This document shows, piece by piece, positions 24,576 through 35,686 of a stretch of DNA of 64,000 nt; the stretch's first letter is position 1; each line of letters starts with the position of its first letter. A model generated the notes under the pieces. It was not told where the DNA came from and did not search any database. It saw only the letters and a program-made list of their open reading frames with translations. This DNA is from Candidatus Saccharimonadales bacterium (GTDB lineage: Bacteria > Patescibacteriota > Saccharimonadia > Saccharimonadales > UBA10212). Where the stretch lies: positions 139,242 through 203,241 of the forward strand of contig DASTXL010000001.1 in assembly GCA_035758565.1 (NCBI GenBank), in the 5' to 3' direction. Position numbers and translations under genes: made by a program.

Positions 24576-27071
24576 ATGATTCCAAACTCTCCAGACTTTC
24601 AAGAATTTTTAAGCCATTTAACTAATAATGCGTTGCACAGCTTAAAGCATGCTGACGCTATTGCCCGGGCCTCGGGCAGTGCTTATATTGGCACCGAACA
24701 TTTACTTTTGGGCGTGCTCGCTCAAGAGGGTTCAATGGCCTCTAAAATTTTGGAAAACCAGGGCATAACTCTGGATAGGGCACGTCTCGCCCTGAATCTT
24801 ACTCCTAAAACCTTAGTTATAAATATGGGCGGTAAGGGTTTGAGTGAGACTGCCAAGTTAACACTCAAAATGGCTTGGGAAATTGCCCAAGAGTTCAGTC
24901 AGGATTACTGCGGTACCGAACATATCCTCTACAGTATTTTGAGCCAAAAGAACGCCCGTGCTACCACGCTTTTGCGTGATATGAGCATTGATGTTGATCA
25001 ACTGTCTGCCGAGGTTGAACAATTCCTAAATCGCCAACAGTACGAGGGCGACCAAATGGCCGGCGCTGGCACTCGCCGCCGCGGCAAAAATGGCAAAAAG
25101 ACCGCTTTAGAGCATTTTGGCTCAGACCTAACCAAGCTCGCTCGCGACGGCAAACTCGATCCGGTAGTCGGCCGAGAAGCTCAAATCAAGCGCGTGATTA
25201 CTATTTTGAATCGCCGCACCAAAAACAATCCGGTACTGATTGGCGAGCCCGGCGTGGGCAAGACCGCTATTGTTGAAGGTCTGGCGCAGCGAGTCGTCAA
25301 CGAAGAAGTGCCTGACAGCCTACTGGACAAGCGTATTGTTACGCTTGATCTCGCTGGCATGATCGCCGGTACTAAATACCGTGGTGAATTTGAAGAGCGA
25401 CTCAAGAAAGTTATTGCAGAGCTCGAAGAAGACGCTAACACTATTGTTTTTATTGACGAACTGCATTTGATTGTCGGCGCTGGTGCCGCCGAAGGCAGTA
25501 TGGATGCCGGAAATATCTTAAAGCCAAGTTTGGCCCGGGGCAAAATCCAACTGATCGGTGCAACCACCACTGACGAATACGCCCGTTATGTAGAAAAGGA
25601 TGCTGCTCTAGAACGCCGATTCCAGCCGGTTCAGGTTCCAGAAACCAACATTCCAGAAACTATCGCCATCCTCAAAGGTCTTCGTGGCCATTACGAGGAA
25701 TATCATAATGTTAAAGTCAGCGACGAGGTTTTAGAGGACACTGTCCAATTTGCCAAACGCTATATTAATGACCGCTATATGCCCGACAAAGCCATTGACC
25801 TTTTGGACGAAACCGCTGCCTACCTGCGCGTTAACAAGGGTAAAACTCCACCACAGTTGCGCCAACTACAAAAAGAGCTAAAGCTCATCAATACCCGAAT
25901 TGAGGATGCTGTCGACAACGAAGACTACGAGAAAGCCGCTCAGCAGAAGCAAAAGGCCAGCCAGGTCAACGAAAAGATCAAGTCTTTAGAAGAGACCCTG
26001 CATGCCGGCAAGGCCATTACTTTAACTAGCGATGATGTGGCTGAGACCGTAGCCCGTATGACAGGCGTGCCGGTTACTAAAGTTATCAAGAGTGAGGCCA
26101 AGTACTTGATTAATCTTGAAAAGAATCTTGGCAAGTATGTCATTGGTCAGGACGAGGCGGTAGAAACTGTCGCCAAAGCAGTCCGCCGCAGCCGCTCAGG
26201 AATCTCTAGCGAAAAGCGTCCAATCGGCTCATTTATATTTCTTGGTCCAACCGGCGTTGGTAAGACTGAGCTTGCCCGCGTACTCGCCCGCGAGTTCTTT
26301 GGCAGCGAAGACGCTCTGGTTAAAATCGACATGAGCGAGTTCGGCGAACATCACAATGTTGCCCGTTTGGTGGGCGCGCCAGCCGGCTACATTGGCTACG
26401 ATGATGGTGGACAGCTAACTGATAAAATTCGCCGCCAGCCGTATAGCGTAGTCCTGTTCGATGAAATCGAAAAAGCTCATCCAGAAGTGTTCAACATGAT
26501 GCTGCAGATTTTGGAAGACGGAACACTATCGGATGCCAAGGGCCGCAAAATTGACTTCACTAATACGATCGTCATCATGACGAGCAATATTGGCGCCGAA
26601 AAGCTGCAAAAAGAAGCCAGCTTTGGTTTTGGCGCGGTTAAAGAAATTGATTTAGATAATTTAGACGAACTGCACAAGACCAACAAAGACAAAGTTTCCG
26701 ACGAGCTCAAGAAAATGATGCGCCCGGAACTATTGAACCGCATCGACAAAGTTGTTATCTTCCGTGCTCTAACTAAGAGAGACGCTCTTAGAATCTTGGA
26801 CCTGCAGCTTGACGATCTGCGTTCACGCTTGGTCAAAAAAGGTATTGGGCTGGAAGTCGACAAAACAGCCAAGGATTACTTGCTTGAACACGGTTACGAT
26901 GCTCACAATGGCGCCCGTCCGATGCGCCGCTTGCTACAAGAAACCCTAGAAGACGCCGTAGCTGCTGGTCTGCTGGACGAAAGCTATCATAAGGGCGACG
27001 TTGTTAAGGTAACCACTCACCAATCCAGAAATAAAACGCCCGAACTCGCTTACGCCGCTATCGCCGAATAG
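24576..27071 (+). CDS. clpC: ATP-dependent Clp protease ATP-binding subunit ClpC
   Basis: Two Clp_N repeats and two AAA+ modules ([15 protein letters not shown] and [15 protein letters not shown]). Confidence 0.95.
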   Translation: MIPNSPDFQEFLSHLTNNALHSLKHADAIARASGSAYIGTEHLLLGVLAQEGSMASKILENQGITLDRARLALNLTPKTLVINMGGKGLSETAKLTLKMAWEIAQEFSQDYCGTEHILYSILSQKNARATTLLRDMSIDVDQLSAEVEQFLNRQQYEGDQMAGAGTRRRGKNGKKTALEHFGSDLTKLARDGKLDPVVGREAQIKRVITILNRRTKNNPVLIGEPGVGKTAIVEGLAQRVVNEEVPDSLLDKRIVTLDLAGMIAGTKYRGEFEERLKKVIAELEEDANTIVFIDELHLIVGAGAAEGSMDAGNILKPSLARGKIQLIGATTTDEYARYVEKDAALERRFQPVQVPETNIPETIAILKGLRGHYEEYHNVKVSDEVLEDTVQFAKRYINDRYMPDKAIDLLDETAAYLRVNKGKTPPQLRQLQKELKLINTRIEDAVDNEDYEKAAQQKQKASQVNEKIKSLEETLHAGKAITLTSDDVAETVARMTGVPVTKVIKSEAKYLINLEKNLGKYVIGQDEAVETVAKAVRRSRSGISSEKRPIGSFIFLGPTGVGKTELARVLAREFFGSEDALVKIDMSEFGEHHNVARLVGAPAGYIGYDDGGQLTDKIRRQPYSVVLFDEIEKAHPEVFNMMLQILEDGTLSDAKGRKIDFTNTIVIMTSNIGAEKLQKEASFGFGAVKEIDLDNLDELHKTNKDKVSDELKKMMRPELLNRIDKVVIFRALTKRDALRILDLQLDDLRSRLVKKGIGLEVDKTAKDYLLEHGYDAHNGARPMRRLLQETLEDAVAAGLLDESYHKGDVVKVTTHQSRNKTPELAYAAIAE

Positions 27072-27098
27072 TTCCCGGAACTGTATACTTTAGAGGCA

Positions 27099-28079
27099 AT
27101 GAAGCGGATACAAAAAGCTTTTAATGTCGTCTTGGCGCTTGCTTTGTTGTCTTTGCCATTTATTGGCTGGTGGCGGGCTCAGGCTATTGAAGATTGGTGG
27201 AAGTTGCGTGGCTACACGCCGCCGCCCAGCATAACGGAACTGGCTCAGCGCGATACAATGACGCCGCAGGCTACCCATGATTTTTATGTTAACCACCCCC
27301 AGTTGATTAACGGTGTCTCTAACTTCCGCCAGGATTGCCCCGAGAGCGAGCAGGCGATTGTTCTAGGATGTTACCATCCGGTGCAAAATGGCATTTTTGT
27401 TTATGTGGTTAACGACACTCGCTTAAATGGTGTCGAAGAGGTTACGGCCGCCCACGAAATGTTGCACGCCGCTTACGATCGCCTGTCTAGCGGCGACAAA
27501 AAGTACATCGATGGTCTGCTTGAAGATTACTACAACAAAGACCTGACCGACCAACGTATCAAAGATGAAATTAACGGCTACAAAAAGACCGAACCAAATG
27601 ACGTGGTGAACGAAATGCATTCGGTGTTTGGCACGGAAGCTTCGGATTTACCAGCACCGCTCGAGAATTATTATAAGCGTTACTTTAGTGATCGATCGGC
27701 GGTGGTGTCGCTAGCCGACAACTATCAAGAGGCCTTTACCACTCGAACTACCGAGCTAGATGCGTATAAAGTCAAGCTAGACGACCTAAAAGGTAAGATT
27801 ACATCCGAAGAGAATTCGCTGCAAAAACAGCTGAATCAAATTAACTCGGATCGTGCACGGCTAGACAGCATGGCTAACGGCGGTCAAACGGATGAATACA
27901 ACGCGGCTGTGCCCGGCTTTAATAACGAAGTAGACATTTATAACCAAGGTGTTAAACAACTTCAATCAGATATTAGCGAATACAACTCGCTGGTTAGCGA
28001 ATACAACTCTTTAGCCGGTGAGCTGCGTAGCTTGCAAGATTCGATCGACACCCGCCTGGCGCCTCAACCCGCTCAGTAA
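27099..28079 (+). CDS. Membrane-anchored HExxH protein with C-terminal coiled coil
   Basis: N-terminal TM helix, AAHEMLHAAY motif, and heptad-like repeats (SEYNSLVSEYNSLAGELRSL). Confidence 0.6.
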   Translation: MKRIQKAFNVVLALALLSLPFIGWWRAQAIEDWWKLRGYTPPPSITELAQRDTMTPQATHDFYVNHPQLINGVSNFRQDCPESEQAIVLGCYHPVQNGIFVYVVNDTRLNGVEEVTAAHEMLHAAYDRLSSGDKKYIDGLLEDYYNKDLTDQRIKDEINGYKKTEPNDVVNEMHSVFGTEASDLPAPLENYYKRYFSDRSAVVSLADNYQEAFTTRTTELDAYKVKLDDLKGKITSEENSLQKQLNQINSDRARLDSMANGGQTDEYNAAVPGFNNEVDIYNQGVKQLQSDISEYNSLVSEYNSLAGELRSLQDSIDTRLAPQPAQ

Positions 28080-28088
28080 CGCTTAAGC

Positions 28089-28973
28089 TTGCAATTATTC
28101 CTTGAAAAAGTGGAGAATACTGAGGTAATGGCCGAGCATTCCCCGCAAATTACCTATAACCTAGAAACCGACTCTCTGGAAATCAACAGCCAGCTTGATG
28201 AGGACATTAAAATTAGTGCCAGGCAGCAAATTATAGCCGAGGCGCTGGCTCGCGAACCGGGCGTAGAGGCCGAGGTCGAAAATGGCACCGTGAACACCAG
28301 AATAGAAGTTCTCAAACTAATGGCCGATGCCTTTAAAAATAAAAAAGACGCCGAGATCGCCTCGATAATCAATCGGATGGAATCATTGGTATTTGCCGAC
28401 CCGTTTAGTTCGGACCGCGTTATATCTCTTAGAGATTGGTTTGATCGGGCGGCCAAAGGCTATATTTTCCCTAGTTTTCAAAGATATATAAATGCCGGCA
28501 TTTCGGATGACGTGGCCAAAGAAACGCTAACTGCGATGGCTAGATCTTTTGGAAGTGAGCTAGAAAAAAGGGCAATAAGTGACTATAGCGGCTACTACGG
28601 CAAGCACACAACATGGTCTTTTGATCTGGGTTTGGCGCCAGCCAAGTTCGGCCTGGATAAGCTAGAAGAAACTCCTGAATTCTATGTAGAAACAACCGGC
28701 GAAGTGGCATGGAATAACCTAAAGCTAACCACTCTAGGGGATTGTGCTTGCTGGGGAGCCTTAGGCGAAGACAGAGGCCATATTCCGCTACGAAGTGATC
28801 GATTGCAGCTTTATCATCTGAATGCGCATAACTGGGATTACGCCAGGCAATCGCTGAGCATGGTTCTTGGGGTTGGCGTGTTGGCTCGGCACGCCGCGCA
28901 GTATGAGGGTCAAGAAGATATTTTCGCGGGCGTAGAGTGGACAGAGCCCCGCGAGATACCTAAAAGCTGGTAA
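28089..28973 (+). CDS. Hypothetical protein (294 aa)
   Basis: Long ORF with native codon usage. No recognisable motif. The ATG at 28128 is an alternative start. Confidence 0.55.
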   Translation: MQLFLEKVENTEVMAEHSPQITYNLETDSLEINSQLDEDIKISARQQIIAEALAREPGVEAEVENGTVNTRIEVLKLMADAFKNKKDAEIASIINRMESLVFADPFSSDRVISLRDWFDRAAKGYIFPSFQRYINAGISDDVAKETLTAMARSFGSELEKRAISDYSGYYGKHTTWSFDLGLAPAKFGLDKLEETPEFYVETTGEVAWNNLKLTTLGDCACWGALGEDRGHIPLRSDRLQLYHLNAHNWDYARQSLSMVLGVGVLARHAAQYEGQEDIFAGVEWTEPREIPKSW

Positions 28974-28992
28974 CTTAGGTAAAATGTAAATA

Positions 28993-30339
28993 ATGGCAAA
29001 GAAAACACTGGGAGTTCGGTACGTTTGCAGCAATTGCGGGGCGGAATATTCAACTTGGACAGGTAAGTGCCAAAACTGTGGTGAATGGAATACTCTAACT
29101 GAACAAGTCGAGATTACCACGGCTACTGCCGGCGCCAGCGGCAATCAACTCAAAATCCAATCAGTTACGGCCGCGGCCGCCGACAAAATGACTCGAATCA
29201 AAACTGGCATCGAAGAAGTTGATACGGTTTTGGGCGGCGGCTTGGTTGCCGGTAGCGTTAATCTGGTAGCCGGCCAACCCGGCATTGGCAAAAGCACCTT
29301 ATTGCTGCAACTTGCTTATCTTGCGGCTGACAAAAACAAGGTTTTATATGTCAGCGGCGAAGAGTCAGCTCGCCAGGTGGCCTTGCGTGCTGAGCGTCTT
29401 GGCGCCACTCGACAATCTTTGCAGTTGGCGGTATCTACGGTGGCTAACGACATCGCGGCTACTATTTCCGGTGGCGAATTCGATCTGGTGGTTGTGGATT
29501 CTATCCAAGCAATAGCCGTCAACGAGATAAACTCCGCAGCCGGCAATATCAGCCAAATAACTAACAGCACTCAACTACTAACAGCCGCCGCCAAAGCCAC
29601 TAATACAGCTCTGGTCTTGGTTGGCCACGTTACCAAAGAAGGTTCGATCGCCGGACCAAAGGTACTGGAGCATATTGTCGATGTGGTCATGCAGCTCGAG
29701 GGGGATCGCTACGGCGGATTTAAAGTTTTGCGCGGAGTAAAGAACCGCTACGGCTCAACCAACGAAGCCGGTATTTTTGAAATGACAGATACGGGCCTAA
29801 AGTCGGTACCCAACCCATCAGCGGCTTTGCTAGCTGAGCGTCAAGTTAGCGATGGTTCAATAGTACTGGCTACTATGGAGGGCAGCCGGCCGTTATTAGT
29901 TGAAGTCCAAGCTTTGGTTAATCCGACAAGCTATGGTTATCCAAAGCGCACAGCTAGCGGTATAGACCTCAACCGCGTTAATTTATTAGTCGCCATGCTT
30001 GAACGCCGTACTAAATTAAGGCTCGCTGAACGTGATATTTATATAAACATTGTTGGCGGTATTCGCTTAACCGAACCAGCGGCCGATCTAGCGGTCTGCA
30101 TGGCGATCGCCAGCGCGGCTAAAGGGATGCAGCTCAAAAAGAATGCCGTAGTGTTTGGCGAAGTTGGTTTAAGTGGCGAGGTTCGCCACGTACCCTTCCT
30201 TGAAAAACGTTTGGCCGAAGCCAAAAAACTCGGTTTTGAAGCAGCTATCGGACCAAAAGTGCGCTCTGGCAAAAAACCGGCATTCTTAACGAGCGTCTCT
30301 GATATTCGCAGCGCTCTTAACAGTTTTTTAGAAAACTAG
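28993..30339 (+). CDS. radA: DNA repair protein RadA/Sms
   Basis: Zinc finger CSNCGAEYSTWTGKCQNCGEWNT, Walker A GQPGIGKST, KNRYGST motif, and a Lon-like C-terminus. Confidence 0.95.
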   Translation: MAKKTLGVRYVCSNCGAEYSTWTGKCQNCGEWNTLTEQVEITTATAGASGNQLKIQSVTAAAADKMTRIKTGIEEVDTVLGGGLVAGSVNLVAGQPGIGKSTLLLQLAYLAADKNKVLYVSGEESARQVALRAERLGATRQSLQLAVSTVANDIAATISGGEFDLVVVDSIQAIAVNEINSAAGNISQITNSTQLLTAAAKATNTALVLVGHVTKEGSIAGPKVLEHIVDVVMQLEGDRYGGFKVLRGVKNRYGSTNEAGIFEMTDTGLKSVPNPSAALLAERQVSDGSIVLATMEGSRPLLVEVQALVNPTSYGYPKRTASGIDLNRVNLLVAMLERRTKLRLAERDIYINIVGGIRLTEPAADLAVCMAIASAAKGMQLKKNAVVFGEVGLSGEVRHVPFLEKRLAEAKKLGFEAAIGPKVRSGKKPAFLTSVSDIRSALNSFLEN

Positions 30340-30371
30340 TCTAAATTTTATCTCTATCGCCAGCGTGGCTT

Positions 30372-33300
30372 TCAAATACCGCCGTTACCACTGCCGTTGC
30401 CGTTGTTCCCGCCGTTGGTATTGCCGTTGCTCCCGCCGTTATTGTTGCCAGACGGCGCAGTAGAGGCGGTTACGGTTGTTTGATCGGTGCCCTGATAGAG
30501 CACGCTGTCTGTCACCGTTGCCGTAATTGTCAATGATCCGCTACTTGTTGGCGTGTAGGTAAATGAGTACGGACCTCCAGAAGCCGTCGGTATAGTTTTA
30601 ACAGTCTGTCCATTGACGCTGAAGGTGACCTCGCCTGGATACTGGGCATATTGGGCGTCGTCTAGAGGGTGAGTGCCTGGTGTAATAGCCGCTGAAATCG
30701 TACAGCTGGAATCACAATTGTTAGGATCGCCGTTAGGATCATTATTAGAAACAGTTAAGGTTATGGCTGGCTTAACGTCGCTACAATTATGAACATCATC
30801 GGTCGCCGACGATCCGCCACTACTGACAGCGCTGCTGCCTACACTTTGTTTACCGCCGTGGAAGATGTCTATGTTCCAGCTATCGGCGTTGCCATTGCTC
30901 ACTACCTGGCGAGCTTGGTCGGGCGTACAAGCTGTGGCAACCTTGCCTGAAACCTTATCGATTGTCTGGGAAGTACTAGCGCCAGTGCTTTTACCGCCCA
31001 CGTACCAAGACGGGAATAGGTCGTTGCTTGGGCTTGGTTCAATATCTCCGTAGTGAATGTGGTTGCGCACCACAAAGGCCGGCAGAGTTTTAATATCGGA
31101 AGGCTGCGTCCAGTTGGTTGGCTTGAGGTTGGCATGGGCGGCTTCCATCATGCCGCGAGTCAAAGGCTCGGTTAGCTGTTCCATAGAAGCGCCGCGGGCA
31201 GCAGATAGGTCGACGTTGCGGTTGTGGTTGCCCACCCAAGACACAACTGCGAATTGGGTTGACCAGCTAGCCATTAAGCCGTCATAGCCGTCGTTGGTCG
31301 TACCGGTTTTGACCGCAAAATTCCATCCATTGTCGTGCTGGAACTTATAGCCGCCTCGGGAAAGCGGAGTACAGGTCGTAGCGCTACAGCTCCCCGGCAA
31401 ATAACTAGCGTTCGGATCTGATAGCATATTATCTACTATGTATGCGGAATCCTGCTTAACAACCTGGTTGCCTTTAGGTTGCTTCCATTGATAAACAGTT
31501 TTACCGGCAGCATTGGTAATCTTTAAGATATAGGTTCTGGGAATAGCGCTACCAAGACGCCCTAGCGTAGAAAGACCGTTTACGTGATCATCTAGGTGCA
31601 GGAAAGCGCCATCGCCAATGGCCGAAGCGGTGTAGCACTGAGTAGTTTTGGTTAGGGCTTCATCGGAATAACAATTGTAGGTTTTCTTGTTTTCGCTTTG
31701 CAGGTAGGGGTTGTCCATCATTGCCGAGGCAGTAGATATGACCTTGTTAATCGAAGTAGTATGGCCGACGCTGGTGTCGTTTGGTACGGCTTCTAGCATG
31801 GCTTTCATGGCTGGTACGTTGCGCGAGCCGCCCAAGGCGTAGCGCAGGGTTAATGGTCCTGGGAAGATGTTGTCGTAATCGTATGCAGCTGGAGCAGTTC
31901 CGGCCGGGCACGGTGCAGAGCCGCGGACGTTCGGATTGTGGTTGCAGGTGTTTGGATAACCAGGAATAGCTTCTTTGACGTCGTATAGAACTGATCCGGC
32001 GCCCACATTGTTATTGTTATTAATCAACGTGGTGTAGTCATAGGGTTTAAAGCTTGAGCCTGGTGGAATCAAAATACCCGAAGCATAATTGTCCTGGCCG
32101 TGATCTGTATTTGTAAAATCGGTTCCGCCCACCAAAGCTTCAATCTGGCCAGTGGGTACGTTCTCTAACACGGTGGCTTCTTCGTCGGCCGCGCCGCCGG
32201 TCAGTCGCTGAACGCTCGACAGGTTAGAGGCGACTATATCTTCAGCTTTCTTTTGTAGGTCTAAATCAAGGGTGGTGATTACTTTCCAGCCACCGATTTT
32301 GGCCGAACCATTGCCGTCGCTGGGTACAAACTGGGTATCTAGCTGGTTTTTAGCGGCCAACACAAAGTAGGGTGCTTGGATCCCGGCGTACTTAGTTTGC
32401 TGCGGCTGAACCATGGCCAGAACATCTACTTTCTTAGCAGCCGAAGCCTGAGCTTTGGTTATCATGCCGTAATTCACCATTTGATCTAGCACATAGTTCT
32501 TGCGGCTTAGCAAAGCTTGCTTATCAAAGTTCACGGTGTCATACGGCGAATAATATGACGGGGATTGGGGAATTGAAGCCAAGAAAGCTGCCTGGGCAAG
32601 CGTTAGATCTTTAGCGCTCTCATGAAAGTAGTCGCTGGCAGCGGCCTGTACGCCATAATCCACACCGCCGTATGGCGCGGCGTTTAGATAGCCTGTTAGA
32701 ATTTGGTCCTTGGTGTAAGTTCGTTCTAGCTCAACTGCCAAAATTAATTCTTTGACTTTTAAGGCTATGGTGCGATTTTGGTTGAAGTCCTGGGTTAGTT
32801 TAACCAGCTGTTCGGTAATTGTTGAGCCACCTTGGCGTTTGCCGCCATGAACAACATCAACAACCGCGGCGCGAGCCACGCCTTTAATATCGAAGCCCTT
32901 TTCTTGATAAAAGTTGTGGTCTTCGATGGCTACCGTGGCCTGCTTCATGTAGTTAGATATAGAGCCGGATTGTACGGGAACGCGCTTAACGGCGCTGTAG
33001 TCCTGCCATAGCAAGTTCTTTCCGGTGCGGTCGTAATAACTGATACTGCCGCCTAGGTTATCGCCAGATATGTCTGTGATATGCGGCAAGTCCTTGCGGA
33101 AATACGCAAAGACGGCCAGCGTGAACACAAATAAGAAAAGAATGCCGATGCCGGCAACTTTAAGAGCCATAATGGCACCGTCTCGGCTCCACCAATATTC
33201 TTTAAGATGCTTAGGCTCAAGATGCCACAAAAGGCGCTTAACGCGCGATTTAGGCAGCCCCCGCAAGCGGTCGGCTTTTCGCAAGTATTTAGCCTCTCTC

Positions 33301-33398
33301 ATTGCCGTCCATTTTTGACCTAGCGATCGGTTTACCTTAATGGTTCGGCCGCTTCTTGTGGTCACGGTCTTATTGGTGCGGCTGGGTCGCTTGCTCAT
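30372..33398 (-). CDS. Class A penicillin-binding protein (glycosyltransferase plus transpeptidase) with Ig-like region and Gly/Asn-rich tail
   Basis: GT51 motifs (EDHNFYQEKG, GGSTITEQL), an SxxK-type SSFKPY, and the C-terminal tail GNNNGGSNGNTNGGNNGNGSGNGG. Confidence 0.9.
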   Translation of the reverse strand: MSKRPSRTNKTVTTRSGRTIKVNRSLGQKWTAMREAKYLRKADRLRGLPKSRVKRLLWHLEPKHLKEYWWSRDGAIMALKVAGIGILFLFVFTLAVFAYFRKDLPHITDISGDNLGGSISYYDRTGKNLLWQDYSAVKRVPVQSGSISNYMKQATVAIEDHNFYQEKGFDIKGVARAAVVDVVHGGKRQGGSTITEQLVKLTQDFNQNRTIALKVKELILAVELERTYTKDQILTGYLNAAPYGGVDYGVQAAASDYFHESAKDLTLAQAAFLASIPQSPSYYSPYDTVNFDKQALLSRKNYVLDQMVNYGMITKAQASAAKKVDVLAMVQPQQTKYAGIQAPYFVLAAKNQLDTQFVPSDGNGSAKIGGWKVITTLDLDLQKKAEDIVASNLSSVQRLTGGAADEEATVLENVPTGQIEALVGGTDFTNTDHGQDNYASGILIPPGSSFKPYDYTTLINNNNNVGAGSVLYDVKEAIPGYPNTCNHNPNVRGSAPCPAGTAPAAYDYDNIFPGPLTLRYALGGSRNVPAMKAMLEAVPNDTSVGHTTSINKVISTASAMMDNPYLQSENKKTYNCYSDEALTKTTQCYTASAIGDGAFLHLDDHVNGLSTLGRLGSAIPRTYILKITNAAGKTVYQWKQPKGNQVVKQDSAYIVDNMLSDPNASYLPGSCSATTCTPLSRGGYKFQHDNGWNFAVKTGTTNDGYDGLMASWSTQFAVVSWVGNHNRNVDLSAARGASMEQLTEPLTRGMMEAAHANLKPTNWTQPSDIKTLPAFVVRNHIHYGDIEPSPSNDLFPSWYVGGKSTGASTSQTIDKVSGKVATACTPDQARQVVSNGNADSWNIDIFHGGKQSVGSSAVSSGGSSATDDVHNCSDVKPAITLTVSNNDPNGDPNNCDSSCTISAAITPGTHPLDDAQYAQYPGEVTFSVNGQTVKTIPTASGGPYSFTYTPTSSGSLTITATVTDSVLYQGTDQTTVTASTAPSGNNNGGSNGNTNGGNNGNGSGNGGI

Positions 33399-33635
33399 AA
33401 AGTTTTTATATACTCCCTTTGCCAACAATTATAGCAAAATGCTTGTGTAAGCCAGCAGAAAAACACGGTAAATTTAAGGTATACTGGTGTTTAAAGAATA
33501 TGAAAACTTTCCTGAAAGGATGCTGATGAATTCCGTTAGACTTCACTTAACTCCCGTCCCTCGGTTGACGATTGAACCTCGGAGCTTGCTTCAAGACGCC
33601 ATTATAGCTTCTGATAATCTTTGGAGTCTAACGGG

Positions 33636-34883
33636 ATGAAATTATCCGAGGAACTGAGCTGGCGCGGGTTCGTCAACCAGACTACCTATAAAGACATTTC
33701 TGTTCTAGACAAGAAACCAATTAGTTTTTACTGGGGAGTGGACCCTAGCGCCGATTCTATGACGGTAGGCAACCTGGCTATAGCTATGATGGTTCGCCAT
33801 TTTATAAATCACGGTCATAAAGCTTATCTTTTGGTGGGCGGCGCCACTGGCATGATTGGTGACCCTGACGGCAAAGCTCAGGAACGTGATTTATTAACTC
33901 TGGAGCAACTCGCTAAAAACAAGCAAGCCATTGCGGGTCAATACGAGCGAGTTTTCCAAGGTTTAGATTTTGAAATAGTAGACAATTATGACTGGTTTAA
34001 GCATATGAATTATCTGGAATTTTTACGGGATGTCGGAAAGCACGCGCCAATGCGGCAGATGCTTGGTCGCGAGTTTGTTCAGAGTCGCCTGGGAGAAGAT
34101 GGGACTGGCATCAGCTATGCCGAATTTAGCTACTCGCTTATTCAGGGATACGACTTTTTGCATCTTCATCGCGAGAACGGCGTAGATCTTCAGGTTTGCG
34201 GAGCCGATCAGTGGGGCAACTGCATCGCTGGAGTCGATCTGATACGTCGTATTACCGGCGACGAGGCGCATGTGTGGTCAGCACCTTTGGTAGTTAATAA
34301 AACTACCGGTGTTAAGTTTGGCAAAACCGAAGCCGGCGCCGTCTGGCTTGATCCGGCCAAGACTAGCCCAACCCAGTTCTATCAGTTCTGGATTAATGTC
34401 GAGGACGAAAACGTCGAAGATTATTTGAAGATTTACACTTTACTATCCAAAACAGAAATAGAAAAAGTTTTAGAGGAACACGCCAAAGACACGGCGGCTC
34501 GAGTGGCCCAAACGGCTCTGGCCCAATCTGTGACCGAAGTAGTTCACGGCAAGGAGCTGGCTCACACAGCCGCCGTAGTCACCAAGATTCTTACTGGCGA
34601 GACGAATGTTGGCGATGTCAGCGAGGGTGTGATCGCCGAGGTCCGCAAGGAACTGCCTAGCGAAACTTTTCCAAAGCTGCCGACTGTTGTCGAGGCGTTA
34701 GTCGCCACTGGCCTAGCGTCATCAAATTCCGAGGCTCGCCGCCTAATAGCCAGCGGCGCCGTCTACATTAACGGCGAAGGCATGGCCAATCCAGAGCTCG
34801 AAAAAACTGATTTTAAAAACGGCCGCTTGCTTATCCGCCGCGGCAAAGCCTTCAAAGATTCAGCACTAATAGAAATTAAATAG
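33636..34883 (+). CDS. tyrS: Tyrosyl-tRNA synthetase
   Basis: A HIGH-region equivalent, the KFGKT (KMSKS-type) motif, and a C-terminal S4-like domain. Confidence 0.95.
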   Translation: MKLSEELSWRGFVNQTTYKDISVLDKKPISFYWGVDPSADSMTVGNLAIAMMVRHFINHGHKAYLLVGGATGMIGDPDGKAQERDLLTLEQLAKNKQAIAGQYERVFQGLDFEIVDNYDWFKHMNYLEFLRDVGKHAPMRQMLGREFVQSRLGEDGTGISYAEFSYSLIQGYDFLHLHRENGVDLQVCGADQWGNCIAGVDLIRRITGDEAHVWSAPLVVNKTTGVKFGKTEAGAVWLDPAKTSPTQFYQFWINVEDENVEDYLKIYTLLSKTEIEKVLEEHAKDTAARVAQTALAQSVTEVVHGKELAHTAAVVTKILTGETNVGDVSEGVIAEVRKELPSETFPKLPTVVEALVATGLASSNSEARRLIASGAVYINGEGMANPELEKTDFKNGRLLIRRGKAFKDSALIEIK

Positions 34884-34892
34884 GGATAATTA

Positions 34893-35666
34893 ATGGCAAA
34901 GACAACCACTGGTCAAGTTAGGCGCGCAGATCAATATAACGACCCAAAACATAACTACAAAGATTACTGGATCGGCCGTGATTATGAACACGCGGCCGAA
35001 GAAATGGCGATTACGCGCTTATTAAAAGGCAAGCACTTCGGGCAGGCTGTCGATGTCGGTGGCGGCTACGGCCGACTGAGCAAGTTTTTGACCAAGTTTG
35101 CCGATAAGGTGACCTTGGCTGAGCCCAGCCAGCAGCAACTCGATATCGCCAAAGATTTTCTAAAAGATACACCGCAAGTTGAACGCAGGCTTTTGCAAGC
35201 CGCTGATTTGAAGTTCAAAGATGGTGAAGTCGATCTGGTTCTGGTCGTGCGAGTTCTGCACCATTTGCCGGACCCTTCAGCCGAATTTGCCGAAATCGCC
35301 CGAGTGCTTAAATCTGGTGGCACATTTTTGCTTGAATTTGCTAACGACGCTCATTTTTTGAACCGCGTCCGCTACGGCCTACGCGGTAAGCGTGTGCCAA
35401 AAACTCCTGTAGATATCCGTAGCGCCGAGCACCGCCGCGAAGACGAGATTCCTTTCGTAAACCACCATCCAAAAACAATTATCAAGCAATTGCAGGCAGC
35501 CGGTTTTGAGGTAGAGAAAACTCTGAGTGGCTCCAACCTACGCTCCACTACTCTTAAGAAAACCCTTGGCGTTCGCCCGCTGCTGGCCGCCGAAAAGCTA
35601 ATGCAACCCATGCTGGCGCCGTTCTACTTTGGCCCCAGTGTCTGGCTCCGCCTCAAGAAGAAATAG
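34893..35666 (+). CDS. Class I SAM-dependent methyltransferase
   Basis: VDVGGGYGRL motif I with the downstream motifs. Confidence 0.8.
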   Translation: MAKTTTGQVRRADQYNDPKHNYKDYWIGRDYEHAAEEMAITRLLKGKHFGQAVDVGGGYGRLSKFLTKFADKVTLAEPSQQQLDIAKDFLKDTPQVERRLLQAADLKFKDGEVDLVLVVRVLHHLPDPSAEFAEIARVLKSGGTFLLEFANDAHFLNRVRYGLRGKRVPKTPVDIRSAEHRREDEIPFVNHHPKTIIKQLQAAGFEVEKTLSGSNLRSTTLKKTLGVRPLLAAEKLMQPMLAPFYFGPSVWLRLKKK

Positions 35667-35686
35667 CCACGCTATACTATTAATTA

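Noticed and set aside
33429-33635. T-box riboswitch upstream of tyrS
   Set aside because: No T-box sequence (..GGUGGNACCGCG..), no convincing Stem I or specifier architecture, and no terminator/antiterminator pair was found. Only short upstream ORFs are present.
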